Under the pieces are notes generated by a model. The model was not told the origin of the DNA. It ran no database searches and saw only the letters and a list, made by a program, of their open reading frames with translations. DNA of 63,800 bases, counting the filler. It is 3 parts of 3 records of this genome, joined end to end, with 100 filler letters (N's around TTAATTAATTAA, not from the genome) between each part and the next. Parts side by side here need not be neighbours in the genome. Positions count along the whole stretch, not along the records: positions 29,556 to 57,787 come from SRR31156797_4055; 2 more parts are not named here. The stretch is one strand, 5' to 3'. How positions within the stretch are numbered: position 1 is the stretch's first letter; every line of letters starts with the position of its first letter. This document shows, piece after piece, positions 42,324 through 52,650 of this stretch. The position numbers and the translations under genes were made by a program.

Positions 42324-43606
42324 GTATGAATGCAATAGAAATTAAAGAATTAACAAAAACATATAAGCTCTATGAGCGAAATGTATTTGATCGATTTGTA
42401 GATACTTTTTTACCTTGGAAAAGAAAAAAACATAAAGAGTTCCATGCACTCAAAGATGTAAATTTAATAGTGAAACAAGGTGAAATACTTGGAATAGTTG
42501 GTAGAAATGGAGCAGGGAAATCTACCTTACTTAAAATAATTTCAGGGATTACACAGCCAACCTCCGGTTCTGTAATAGTTAATGGACGAATCGTTGCTCT
42601 TCTAGAACTGGGAGGAGGATTTAATCAAGAGTATACAGGGTTTGAAAATATATATTTTACCTGCGCTTTGCAAGGAATGTCAAAAAAAGAGATTGATAGT
42701 ATTTATAAAAAAATTGTGGATTTCTCTGAGCTGGAAGAATTTATTAATATCCCTGTTAAAAAATATTCTAGTGGTATGAAAGCACGATTAGGATTTGCAA
42801 TATCAATAAATGTGAATCCAGAGATTTTAATTCTTGATGAAATACTGGCAGTCGGTGATGAATATTTTAAAAATAAATGTCTTTTTGAAATAAAAAAAAT
42901 GTTTGAAAGTGGTATTACAATAATTTATGTATCACATTCATTGAAATCAATAGAAACTTTATGTACTAAAGCAGAATTTATAGATTCGGGTGAAATTATA
43001 TTATCTTCAACACCAAAGATAGTATGTGATGAATATTGGAAAATATGTAATGAAGAAAAAATTGATCATGAAAGAATAAATAAACTTAAAAAGATTAATA
43101 GCTGTTCAATACTAAAAAAAGAATATGAAAAGAGATACATCGAGTTAAAAAATCGCAAAGAGATCAGTGTAATAAAAAAATTTAAAAATTTAACATTATC
43201 AAAGAAAAAGGTAAGTAATGAAACATTTAGTAGAATAGAAGTGAGAATCCTAAAGACTAATAATAACCAATGTGTACTAGAATGGGGAAAAACTTACCTG
43301 ATCGAAATGGATCTCCATTTACAAAAAAATATTCTTTTGGATGATATTTATATAAGTGTTCTTACAAGTAAAGGAGATAAAGTAACTGGAAGTAGAATCG
43401 ATCTAGTTAAGAGCAAGATTTCTGAAAATGCATTTCTAATTAAAAAAAATATACACAATTATTTAAGTAACGGGTATTACTGTTTGAAAATATCGATTTT
43501 TGCAAATGGAGAAAACTGCAAACCAATATATAAAGATGATGAAGCCCTAATATTTAAAGTCATAAACTCAGGTGATGAAAATGAAAAGATCTCACTTATC
43601 GAATAA
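42320..43606 (+). CDS. wzt: Polysaccharide ABC exporter ATPase with C-terminal extension
   Basis: GRNGAGKST, YSSGMKARL, DEILAVGD. Confidence 0.92.
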   Translation: MSMNAIEIKELTKTYKLYERNVFDRFVDTFLPWKRKKHKEFHALKDVNLIVKQGEILGIVGRNGAGKSTLLKIISGITQPTSGSVIVNGRIVALLELGGGFNQEYTGFENIYFTCALQGMSKKEIDSIYKKIVDFSELEEFINIPVKKYSSGMKARLGFAISINVNPEILILDEILAVGDEYFKNKCLFEIKKMFESGITIIYVSHSLKSIETLCTKAEFIDSGEIILSSTPKIVCDEYWKICNEEKIDHERINKLKKINSCSILKKEYEKRYIELKNRKEISVIKKFKNLTLSKKKVSNETFSRIEVRILKTNNNQCVLEWGKTYLIEMDLHLQKNILLDDIYISVLTSKGDKVTGSRIDLVKSKISENAFLIKKNIHNYLSNGYYCLKISIFANGENCKPIYKDDEALIFKVINSGDENEKISLIE

Positions 43607-44543
43607 AATTTTATCAGTTATTATACCTTGTTATAATTGTAATGATTTTATTAATACAACACTGAAATCAGTAACTGAAAATGATTACGGAAATATTGAA
43701 ATTATACTGATAGATGATGTAGGTGATGAAGATTTTAGGCCTATCATTGATGAAAAGTATAAGAAGTATATTAAAATAATTAAAAATTATAAGAATTCTG
43801 GTCCTGGTTATTCGAGAGTAAAAGGAATGGAGACTGCTAAAGGTAAGTATATTTTGTTCCTTGATTCTGATGACATACTTTCCAGAAGCTCTATTAGTAG
43901 AAGAATTTCAATGATGGAAAAATACAATCTAGATTTTATTCGGGGAGGATTATCATATTATAAAGGAAATAGATTCTATAAAGGTCCTTTCAATGAAAAA
44001 AATGTAATTGAGGATGATATAAACAAAAATAGCAAGGATTTTGAAATCCTTTGGGCTCCTGGATGTTATATTATTAAAAAAGAAACATTAATGAGAACAA
44101 ATGATTATAAACGATCAATGGATTATAGAATAGGTGAAGACCAAATACTGATATCAGCACTTTTAAAAAATACAAATAAATATTCAATAATTGAAGACGT
44201 TGTATATTATTACAGAGAGAATGAAGATAGCCTGATGAAAAGTGAATGGAGTACTAAAAAATTATATGACTTTGTTTTTTTTCAACAATTTATGTTCCAA
44301 AATATATTTGAAATGCCCAAATTGTATAATTTACAAAAAAAAATACGATTCTGTGGGAAATATTTTATTGAAAGATTAAATCTTATAATTAATCTTGATG
44401 ATTGTAATGAGAAAGAAGAAATGATTAATGAGTTGAAGAGATTATATTCAGATGAGTATCGAAAATCAAAAATAGAGTTATTGTTTAATATATCGACAAT
44501 TAAAACTATAAGAAAAACATGGAGAAAAATATATGAGATATAG
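43572..44543 (+). CDS. Glycosyltransferase family 2
   Basis: SVIIPCYN, IDD, FLDSDD, GED. Confidence 0.88.
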   Translation: MMKMKRSHLSNKILSVIIPCYNCNDFINTTLKSVTENDYGNIEIILIDDVGDEDFRPIIDEKYKKYIKIIKNYKNSGPGYSRVKGMETAKGKYILFLDSDDILSRSSISRRISMMEKYNLDFIRGGLSYYKGNRFYKGPFNEKNVIEDDINKNSKDFEILWAPGCYIIKKETLMRTNDYKRSMDYRIGEDQILISALLKNTNKYSIIEDVVYYYRENEDSLMKSEWSTKKLYDFVFFQQFMFQNIFEMPKLYNLQKKIRFCGKYFIERLNLIINLDDCNEKEEMINELKRLYSDEYRKSKIELLFNISTIKTIRKTWRKIYEI

Positions 44544-45477
44544 CATAATTGTACCTTTCTATAATGCAAGTCAGTTTCTTAGAGAAACTTTAAACTCTAT
44601 TTATAAGCAAAATATGAATGATTATGAAGTTATTATAATAGATGATGGGAGTGATGTACAGGAAAAGGAGAAATTATTAAAGATTACTGAAGGTCTTAAT
44701 TGTAAAATAATAACTCATTCTAATAATAAAGGGTTAGGTGAGGCTCGAAATACAGGTATAGATAATGCAAATGGAGAATTCGTAGTATTGCTGGATTCTG
44801 ATGACTATTTAAGTGATGCAAATATATTATCCAAAATTAACAATGTTATTGAAATGAATAACAGTCCTGATCTTATTAAGACCAATACACGTATACTGGA
44901 TCAAACAAATCCTAGTAAGCCTGCTATATATAATGAGATTTCTAATGTCTTATTTGCTGAGAAGCCTATAGCTTTTGAATTATACTTTAAATCTCTTTCA
45001 AGTTGGCAGTTTATATATAGAAAAAAATATTTAATAGACAATGAAATTAAATTTAAATTACCCAGATTTGAGGATAGGCCTTTTATCTATGAGGCCTTAT
45101 CTAAAACTATGAATATAGTAAGTGCTGATGAGATTATGACTATATATCGTAAACGGCCTCCCAATAGTGAAAATAAATCTATACTTCAAAAAAAGAGAAG
45201 TAAGGAGGATTTATACCTTTATTTAGATAATTGTAAATATAGTAAAGACATTGTAGAGAGCTATAGCGTAGGCCTAAGAAAATATGTTTTTACAAATTCA
45301 TTTTGTACTTTATGTGATTCTTATCATCATTTGATAAATGATTTTGATGATGATATAGTTAATCTAATCAAAGAGAAATTAGGTAACGATTTTCATGATC
45401 TAGATTGTTCATCAACAACATTTCAGATTTATGGTGCTCAAAGATATAAAGCTATAATCAATAAAATATATGGATGA
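44533..45477 (+). CDS. Glycosyltransferase family 2
   Basis: SIIVPFYN, DDGS, ARNTG, LDSDD, FED. Confidence 0.9.
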   Translation: MRYSIIVPFYNASQFLRETLNSIYKQNMNDYEVIIIDDGSDVQEKEKLLKITEGLNCKIITHSNNKGLGEARNTGIDNANGEFVVLLDSDDYLSDANILSKINNVIEMNNSPDLIKTNTRILDQTNPSKPAIYNEISNVLFAEKPIAFELYFKSLSSWQFIYRKKYLIDNEIKFKLPRFEDRPFIYEALSKTMNIVSADEIMTIYRKRPPNSENKSILQKKRSKEDLYLYLDNCKYSKDIVESYSVGLRKYVFTNSFCTLCDSYHHLINDFDDDIVNLIKEKLGNDFHDLDCSSTTFQIYGAQRYKAIINKIYG

Positions 45478-46600
45478 ATATATGAATGTTTTTAAAGAAT
45501 TTGGAATCAAAAAAGTGATAATTCATGGAGGTATCTCAAAGACAGGATCAACTGCGTTGCAACATATTTTGGAAAAATCATATTATGATTTACTTGATAT
45601 AAATGTGTTATATCCTAAGAGCATACTTTTTTATGAACCATTAAGAGAAAATAGGTCTTCTGGACATTTTTTGCAGTTAATTGTTGATAATGAAAGAAAA
45701 TTCAATACAAAGATCTCTTCAGAGATTAAGCTTTTGAATCATGATATTGATACTGTGATTATATCGACAGAAAATTTATATGAGTTTTTGAAATCTAAGA
45801 AGAATGTAAATAAAATTAATGAAATATTTAGCGATATAGATGTAGAGCTTGTAATATATCTTCGAAATCAAATTGATTGGATTGAAAGTCAATATAGAGA
45901 AGATATAATAGGGAGTTGGAGAAAAACTAATGTAGATATAAAGAATTATTTAAATGAATATCTACCTGTTAATTTAAACTATTATGAAATGTTAGGTGAA
46001 ATTGAGGAAAAAATATCTCCTAGTAAGATAAGTGTTTTAAATTATGATGTTGAAAAGAAAGATATAATGAAGTCATTTCAATTAGTAACAGGCTTGAATT
46101 TTGATTATGATAATTATGATTTTAATACTAGTGTTGATACTTCTACAATAATTTTATTTAAAACATTGAATAAATTGAACTTCAATGGAGTATATAAGAA
46201 TGTTATCAGAAAATATTTCTCTGAATATTATATTCCAAAAAAAGATAACTATACATTGATAGATGAGGGTTTTAGAGAAGAAATATTGAGTAAATACAAT
46301 ATTTCAAATGAAATGTTAGGAATACAATATTTTCACGATTCTGATTTATATAAATATTACAATACTGGCAAGGAGTACTATAAAAATGGTAATCTCGCTA
46401 TAGATATTCAGTCTATTGAATCTATGTATGATGTAATCAATGATGTTTATGGAATATATCCATTGAATAACAGTCAAAAGGTTGTATATGAGTACATTGA
46501 AAATAGCGAGATTTCAAGTCTAATGAGGCTGGTACATAAAGTACAGCATTCTAAATTATATAAAATGTTTAGACCGTTATTTATATGGATGAAGAAATAG
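45470..46600 (+). CDS. Putative sulfotransferase-fold protein
   Basis: IIHGGISKTGSTALQ 5'-PSB-like motif, IISTENL, YLRNQ...SQY 3'-PB-like motif; next to PAPS genes. Confidence 0.7.
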   Translation: MDEYMNVFKEFGIKKVIIHGGISKTGSTALQHILEKSYYDLLDINVLYPKSILFYEPLRENRSSGHFLQLIVDNERKFNTKISSEIKLLNHDIDTVIISTENLYEFLKSKKNVNKINEIFSDIDVELVIYLRNQIDWIESQYREDIIGSWRKTNVDIKNYLNEYLPVNLNYYEMLGEIEEKISPSKISVLNYDVEKKDIMKSFQLVTGLNFDYDNYDFNTSVDTSTIILFKTLNKLNFNGVYKNVIRKYFSEYYIPKKDNYTLIDEGFREEILSKYNISNEMLGIQYFHDSDLYKYYNTGKEYYKNGNLAIDIQSIESMYDVINDVYGIYPLNNSQKVVYEYIENSEISSLMRLVHKVQHSKLYKMFRPLFIWMKK

Positions 46601-47595
46601 TTTTATCTATTATAATACCTGTCTATAATACAGGGGATTATTTAAATCAATGTATTAACTCAGTTATCTTAGAATCTGCAAATTATGAAATTATTATAGT
46701 TAATGATGATTCAGATGATCATTCGCAATCTATTATAGATAAATATATTTCTGAATACTGTTTTATCAAATCGTTTAAAACTGAGAGAATAGGTTTATCT
46801 GAAGTAAGAAATTTTGGTATCAAAAAATCTAAAGGAAAATACTTATTATTTCTTGATAGTGATGATTTCTTTTTAAATAATTCTGTTGAATATATTTATA
46901 ACCATGTTTGTGGATTAGATGATGATATAATTTTATTTGACGCACTGATGTATGATAACAATAATGGCAATTATTTGAAATATTTTGATAGCGATTTATT
47001 TTACTGTATATCAAAGATTAGTAATATTAATAGATGTAGGAAGATTTTATTAAAAATGGAGCCTGCAGCATGGAAAAAAATATATCGGAAAGAGTTCATA
47101 GCCGATACTATTTTTCCCAAGAATCTTATATTTGAGGATTTACCATTCCATTTAAGTATTACAGATAATTTCAAATCAATATCTTTTCTTAAAAATTGCA
47201 GTATAGTCTATAGAATAAATAGAGAGGGACAAATCACTAGTAATGATGATTTAAGTTTGATCGATTTTTTTGATATTATAGATATTGTTTTTAAAAAGAA
47301 ATATAAATTTATATCAATAGATGAAATTTTTGAAATATATAAGAGATATGTTTTTTGGATGATAAATAAAAGGATATTTAAAAAAAAAGTATTTAGGAAT
47401 AGATTAAGGGATACTAATCGTAAGTATTTTAATTGGCCTTTTTATATTCATTATGTAAGAGAATGTTCTTTATATTCAAGAATCCAATATTGGAAGATAA
47501 TCTTATTGAGATATCATGTAACATTAAAGTTTATTTCAATTATAAATCTATATAAGAAACTGAGGCATAATAATGATCTGGATCATCGGAAGTAG
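46585..47595 (+). CDS. Glycosyltransferase family 2
   Basis: SIIIPVYN, FLDSDD, AWKKIYR, FED. Confidence 0.9.
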   Translation: MDEEIVLSIIIPVYNTGDYLNQCINSVILESANYEIIIVNDDSDDHSQSIIDKYISEYCFIKSFKTERIGLSEVRNFGIKKSKGKYLLFLDSDDFFLNNSVEYIYNHVCGLDDDIILFDALMYDNNNGNYLKYFDSDLFYCISKISNINRCRKILLKMEPAAWKKIYRKEFIADTIFPKNLIFEDLPFHLSITDNFKSISFLKNCSIVYRINREGQITSNDDLSLIDFFDIIDIVFKKKYKFISIDEIFEIYKRYVFWMINKRIFKKKVFRNRLRDTNRKYFNWPFYIHYVRECSLYSRIQYWKIILLRYHVTLKFISIINLYKKLRHNNDLDHRK

Positions 47596-48445
47596 AGGTT
47601 TGTTAGGCCGAGAACTCTGCCAGTTTCTAGGAGAGAAGGGGCTTAAGGTTATCGGGACAGATAAGGAGGTGGATGTTCTGTCTCCCGCCGCCCTGTGTCA
47701 GCATGTTAAGAGCTTTAAGCCTAACTACATTATCAACTGCTCTGGTTATACCGACATCGACAGGGCCGAGGAGGAGTGGGACAGCGCCCTGATGCTGAAT
47801 AAGATGGGACCCGAATCGATCGCTCGGCTCGCCGAAGATCTGAAGGTCCCTCTGATCCACTTCTCAACAGACCAGGTGTTTGACGGGAAGGGAAGGACGC
47901 CACTTGTGGAAAGCGATCCCACAAGGCCCTGTAACACCTATGGCGCCAGCAAGCTGGCCGGGGAATGGGCCTTAAAGAACGAGTGCAGCCGCTACTTTAT
48001 TATCAGAACAGCCAGACTCTATGGAGCCTATGGACGGAATCCTGTGTTGAAGTTCCTTTCTGTTGTGAGCAGGGGAGATCCCTACAACCTGGGATACGAC
48101 AGGATCGTCAGTCCCACCTGGACCCGGGATCTTGCTATCTTTGTATACAGGATCATAGCCTCAGGCAGCAGGGACTATGGAACCTATCACTACGCCGGGA
48201 AGGGAGAGTGCAGCCGCCAAGAGTTCGCTCTCTCGGCTTATCATCAGGCCAGGAAGAACGGATGGATGGACCATCCTCTGGACCTGACCCTGGAGCCGGA
48301 ACCGGGAAAGGCCTCGCGGCCTGCTTACTCCGTGCTTTCCTCGGAAAAAGCCGTAAAGGCCTTCGATGTTAGAGTCACACCCTGGGAAGACGCCCTGGGG
48401 GCCTTTCTCTCTACCGTATCGAAAGATCACATTGACCAGCATTAA
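47573..48445 (+). CDS. rfbD: dTDP-4-dehydrorhamnose reductase
   Basis: GSRGLLG, STDQVFDG, YGASK, RPAYSVL. Confidence 0.88.
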   Translation: MIWIIGSRGLLGRELCQFLGEKGLKVIGTDKEVDVLSPAALCQHVKSFKPNYIINCSGYTDIDRAEEEWDSALMLNKMGPESIARLAEDLKVPLIHFSTDQVFDGKGRTPLVESDPTRPCNTYGASKLAGEWALKNECSRYFIIRTARLYGAYGRNPVLKFLSVVSRGDPYNLGYDRIVSPTWTRDLAIFVYRIIASGSRDYGTYHYAGKGECSRQEFALSAYHQARKNGWMDHPLDLTLEPEPGKASRPAYSVLSSEKAVKAFDVRVTPWEDALGAFLSTVSKDHIDQH

Positions 48446-48457
48446 GGAAAATTCAAC

Positions 48458-49150
48458 TTGAATATCATCGAACTCAAAAATGTCAGCCGTAATTATCCTA
48501 TGGGAGAGGTTGAGGTGCAGGCCCTGAAAGGGATAGACCTCAGCGTCAAGCAGGGTGACTTTATGGCTGTCGTGGGGCACTCGGGTGCCGGCAAGACCAC
48601 TATCATGAATATCATCGGATTGATCGATGATCCCAGTTCGGGAGACGTTCACATAGGCGGAAGCCGAGTGGGTGGGCTTAACGATACCGAGAAGACCCGC
48701 ATGAGGCGGGACAGTCTGGGATTTATATTCCAGTCCTTTAACCTCCTGCCTGTTCTATCGGTGGAAGAGAACATCGAACTGCCCCTGATGCTCGGACGCA
48801 GGCCTCCCGTCAAGGAAGAGAGGCAGGACAGGGTCCGTGAGCTGGTGAAGAGCGTGGGGTTGGAAAAGTGGAGAAACCACAAGCCCGGGGAGCTCTCGGG
48901 CGGTCAGAGGCAGAGGGTGGCCATCGCCAGGGCGCTGATCGGCAGGCCTCGGATCGTGGTGGCCGATGAGCCTACCGCCAACTTGGACTCCGGGACATCC
49001 GATGAAATCCTGAAGCTCATGAGAGACATCAACGAGGTATACAGAACGACCTTCGTTTTCTCCTCCCACGATCCTATCATTCAGGATATGGCCGCCCATG
49101 TGGTGCACCTGAAAGACGGCCGCATAGAAAGGGAAGAACGATTCTCATGA
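48458..49150 (+). CDS. ABC ATP-binding protein (LolD-like)
   Basis: GHSGAGKT, LSGGQRQR, ADEPTANLD. Confidence 0.92.
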   Translation: MNIIELKNVSRNYPMGEVEVQALKGIDLSVKQGDFMAVVGHSGAGKTTIMNIIGLIDDPSSGDVHIGGSRVGGLNDTEKTRMRRDSLGFIFQSFNLLPVLSVEENIELPLMLGRRPPVKEERQDRVRELVKSVGLEKWRNHKPGELSGGQRQRVAIARALIGRPRIVVADEPTANLDSGTSDEILKLMRDINEVYRTTFVFSSHDPIIQDMAAHVVHLKDGRIEREERFS

Positions 49151-50607
49151 TCCTTGCCCTTTCCTACAGAAATCTCAATAGAAACAGAAGGCAGAGCTTG
49201 GTTATATTCTGCCTATTCGCCCTTCTGATAGCCCTTTTTTATATCGGAAACGCCCTGATCGCCGAATCGGGAGAGGGGCTTAAGACAAGTTACAGGCGGA
49301 ATTTTACCGGTGACCTGGTGATCAAGGCCCCCTCTGAGATGGAAGTGAGCCTCTTCGGAGCCGTTACCCCCTCCATGGGCGACTACTATGTGATGCCCCT
49401 GTTGGAAGACAGAGAGACGTTCCAGACCATTCTGGACTTTTCTGATGGGGTGGAGGGATACACCGGCCTCTCCTCCGGGGCCGCCGTGGCCCAGGTGAAG
49501 GATGTGAATATCCATCTGCCCCTTTTCGGCGTGGAAGGGGGGAGCTACTTTCGTATGTTTCCCGGGCTGAAGCTGCTGGCCGGCGAGGAGCTGGAATCGG
49601 GAGAAGAGGGCGTCATGTTCAGCAATGATCTGGTCAGAAGGATCAACGAGCAGACGGGCGATATTCTGAAGATCGGGGAGCCCGTGCTCATCAGCATGGG
49701 AGGCAACCGGGGATTCAAGATCAGGGAAGTCCCTCTGAAGGGGATCTTCGAGTACGATACCAGGAATCCCGAGCTGGACAGGATCGCCCTCTGCGACATG
49801 AGAACCCTGAACGTCCTCAACTCCCTGGCCCTTGCGGACGGGAATGAAGAGAGCATCTCCGATTCGGAGATGTCTCTGATGGACGAGGACCTCTTCGGAG
49901 ATCTGGATGAGCTTTTTGCCGATGATCTCAGCCGTGAGGATAACGCCGATACCTCGGTAGGAGTGGAAGACGTGATGGGCATCTTCGATACCGATGTTAA
50001 GGCGCCGGAATCCAGCGGAGATTGGCATTTTGTCCTGGTCAGACTGAAAGACGGGATTCGCATCAAGAGCTTTATCCGGGAACTGGAAGGCAAGTTCAAA
50101 GCCCACGGGGCGATGGTCGAAGTCATGAACTGGAGAGAGGCCGCGGGCCTGAGCGCCCGCATGGTCTTTCTGCTCCAGCTCCTCTACAACGCCGGCTTTT
50201 TCCTGGTGCTTCTGGCCGGGGGAGTGGCTATTGTCAATATCCTGCTTATCTCTGTATTCGACCGCTATGCCGAGATCGGTACCCTCCGGGCCATAGGCGC
50301 TCCCAAACCCTGGGTGGCCCTGTTGATCCTGACCGAGAATATGACCCTTGCCCTCTGCGGAGGCCTGGTCGGTCTGAACCTGGGCAACCTTGTCCTAAAG
50401 GGCATCAATCTCCTCAATCTGAGGATAGAAAATACCCTGGTCCAGACCCTCCTGGGGATGAAGACAGTGGAAATCGGGAGCCATCCAGGCTGGGCCTGGG
50501 GCTCATTGGGAGTCTCCGTCCTTCTGGGACTGGCCGCCAGCTGGATACCCGTCAGAAGGGCCCTGAGCATCCTGCCTACAGACGCCCTGAGAAGGAGCGG
50601 ATTATGA
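49147..50607 (+). CDS. FtsX/LolE-like ABC permease
   Basis: RNLNRNRRQS, EIGTLRAIG, 4 TM with large periplasmic domain. Confidence 0.88.
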   Translation: MILALSYRNLNRNRRQSLVIFCLFALLIALFYIGNALIAESGEGLKTSYRRNFTGDLVIKAPSEMEVSLFGAVTPSMGDYYVMPLLEDRETFQTILDFSDGVEGYTGLSSGAAVAQVKDVNIHLPLFGVEGGSYFRMFPGLKLLAGEELESGEEGVMFSNDLVRRINEQTGDILKIGEPVLISMGGNRGFKIREVPLKGIFEYDTRNPELDRIALCDMRTLNVLNSLALADGNEESISDSEMSLMDEDLFGDLDELFADDLSREDNADTSVGVEDVMGIFDTDVKAPESSGDWHFVLVRLKDGIRIKSFIRELEGKFKAHGAMVEVMNWREAAGLSARMVFLLQLLYNAGFFLVLLAGGVAIVNILLISVFDRYAEIGTLRAIGAPKPWVALLILTENMTLALCGGLVGLNLGNLVLKGINLLNLRIENTLVQTLLGMKTVEIGSHPGWAWGSLGVSVLLGLAASWIPVRRALSILPTDALRRSGL

Positions 50608-51890
50608 AGATAAGACATCGATTGAATCTCTCTTTTTCCTATTTCAGGAAACATCTGAGTCGCTATGTCTTCCTGTTGATCTCCCTGAGCATCGGCTTTG
50701 CGGTAATCACCGTGGTCAGTTCCGTATCCAGGGGCATGACCGGCGCCCTTCATCAGGCCGCCCGCAGCCACTACGGGGGAGACCTCTTCATCATCTCCTA
50801 CGACAAATCCCACGGTAACAAGATGCACCTGAGCCGTCCCGAAGCGGTGGAGAAAGCCCTTCAGGCTTCTGGCATCGAGTACGGAAAGCTGCAGAAACGT
50901 ATCGGCTATTTCAGGGACGGCGTGCTCTATCACGAGGGGCAGAGCGCCGGGCAGAAAAACGTCTTCGGCGTTCGGTGGGAGAACGAAGATTTCTCTCATC
51001 TGCACATTGTGGACGGTGATCTGAATGATCTGACCGAAGAGGGGAGCATGGTCATCTCCGAGGCCGTGGCCAATGAATTGGAATGCCGGGCCGGAGATGA
51101 AGTGATCCTCAAGGGAGCCACCCTGACAGGGCAGAAAAACAGCGTGCGCCTCCAGGTGAAGGCTGTCTTCCGGGATAAAAGCATCTTCGGCTACTACAAA
51201 AGCTATGCGGGGATCGAGGATATGAGAAGGCTCCTCAATTTTGAGTCTGACGCCGTCTCCCAGTACGGTCTCTATCTGGACAAGCCTGTTGGCAAAGAAG
51301 ATCTTGCTCAGCTTCACAGGCTGCTGAGTGAGGAGCTTCAGACCGCTGCGATCCTGATGAACAAGGAAGACCTGACCAGTCAGCTGGAACGGGAGAGCTG
51401 GCAGGGGGAAAAGGTCTTTCTGATCCCTCTGGGTGTCTTCGTCTCTCAGGTGGATGAGATGCTGACAGCCATGGACCTGATCAGCTATTTCCTATACATC
51501 ATGGTGGCCCTGATCATCCTGGTGTCCGTGTTCATCAGCTACCAGCTGGTCATCCGGGACAGAATGGGAGAGATCGGAACCCTCCGGGCTATCGGCATGG
51601 AGCAGAACACCGTCAGAAGCATCCTGATGCTGGAGACGGGCTGGCTTTATCTTCTGGGCATCGTCCTGGGAGCCCTTCTGACCCTTCCTCTTTTCGGGGT
51701 TCTTGGATATCTGAACTACGACTCATTACCCGGATTCGAACTCTTTCTGCGACAGGGACGGCTGGTGCCCGATATCACCGCCGTTCAGGTCCTTCTGAAT
51801 ATGGGGCTTCTGGCCCTGATCCTTCTGCCCGCTTCGCTCATCCCCTCGTTCCGGGCCTCCCGGACAGTGCTGATCGAAGCGCTGGCATAA
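50604..51890 (+). CDS. Second FtsX/LolE-like ABC permease (true start MKIRH at 50604)
   Basis: AAGGAG RBS, ATGA overlap with upstream stop, EIGTLRAIG. Confidence 0.87.
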   Translation: MKIRHRLNLSFSYFRKHLSRYVFLLISLSIGFAVITVVSSVSRGMTGALHQAARSHYGGDLFIISYDKSHGNKMHLSRPEAVEKALQASGIEYGKLQKRIGYFRDGVLYHEGQSAGQKNVFGVRWENEDFSHLHIVDGDLNDLTEEGSMVISEAVANELECRAGDEVILKGATLTGQKNSVRLQVKAVFRDKSIFGYYKSYAGIEDMRRLLNFESDAVSQYGLYLDKPVGKEDLAQLHRLLSEELQTAAILMNKEDLTSQLERESWQGEKVFLIPLGVFVSQVDEMLTAMDLISYFLYIMVALIILVSVFISYQLVIRDRMGEIGTLRAIGMEQNTVRSILMLETGWLYLLGIVLGALLTLPLFGVLGYLNYDSLPGFELFLRQGRLVPDITAVQVLLNMGLLALILLPASLIPSFRASRTVLIEALA

Positions 51891-51912
51891 TCCTTTAAAC
51901 ATTGGAGACTCT

Positions 51913-52650
51913 ATGAAACGCATCCTGGCAGGCCTGATGCTGGCCTTAGTCGCATCGGGAGCCCTCTGGGCCGAAGATTATCAGAATATCCTGGAAAAGG
52001 TAGACGCCCTGGCCAGCTTTATGGATACCGACTACGGCGCCGAATACACCATCGTGGAAGACAAGGGAAAAGACGGCCGGGAAAAGACTGTGGCCGTTGT
52101 CTTCCGCAGGGACTCTCAAGAGAAGTACGTGATCATCGTCACCGAGCCCGAGGTGAGCAAGGGACAGGGCTATCTGAAGGTGGACGAGGCCCTCTGGTTT
52201 TACGATCCCGAGAGCAGACGGTTTAACTTCACCAAGTCGAGCGAACGCTTTCAGAACACAAACGCCCGGAACTCAGACTTCACCCGTTCCACATTGTCCC
52301 TGGACTACGACGTGGACAGGGTGGAAGAGGTCAGGCTGGGCCGTTACGAGTGCTGGAAGATGCATCTGGCGGCCAATAACGATGAGGTTACCTATCCTGT
52401 GACCGAGATATGGGTGGACCGAAACTATCTGGTGCGCAAGACGCTGGACTACGGTCTGTCGGGAGAGCTGATGCGGACAACCGCCTTCCCCAGCTATCAG
52501 AGCGTACAGGGACGATACGTTCCCCACAAGATCCTTCAGGTGGACGCTCTGAGCCGGGAGAAGACCCAGATCACCATAGACAAGGTCTCTTTCAAGCCCC
52601 TGGCGGCCAACACCTTTACCAAGCCCTTTCTGGAAAAGGTGAACAAATGA
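51913..52650 (+). CDS. LolA-like outer-membrane lipoprotein-sorting family protein
   Basis: Signal peptide; KGQGYLK...LWFYDP, NARNSDF, VTYP...IWV motifs. Confidence 0.8.
   Translation: MKRILAGLMLALVASGALWAEDYQNILEKVDALASFMDTDYGAEYTIVEDKGKDGREKTVAVVFRRDSQEKYVIIVTEPEVSKGQGYLKVDEALWFYDPESRRFNFTKSSERFQNTNARNSDFTRSTLSLDYDVDRVEEVRLGRYECWKMHLAANNDEVTYPVTEIWVDRNYLVRKTLDYGLSGELMRTTAFPSYQSVQGRYVPHKILQVDALSREKTQITIDKVSFKPLAANTFTKPFLEKVNK

Noticed and set aside
50022-50603. N-terminal extensions of ORFs 50022-51890, 52410-53399 and 55907-56848
   Set aside because: They overlap upstream genes or read as non-protein-like; internal starts with RBS or signal peptides fit better
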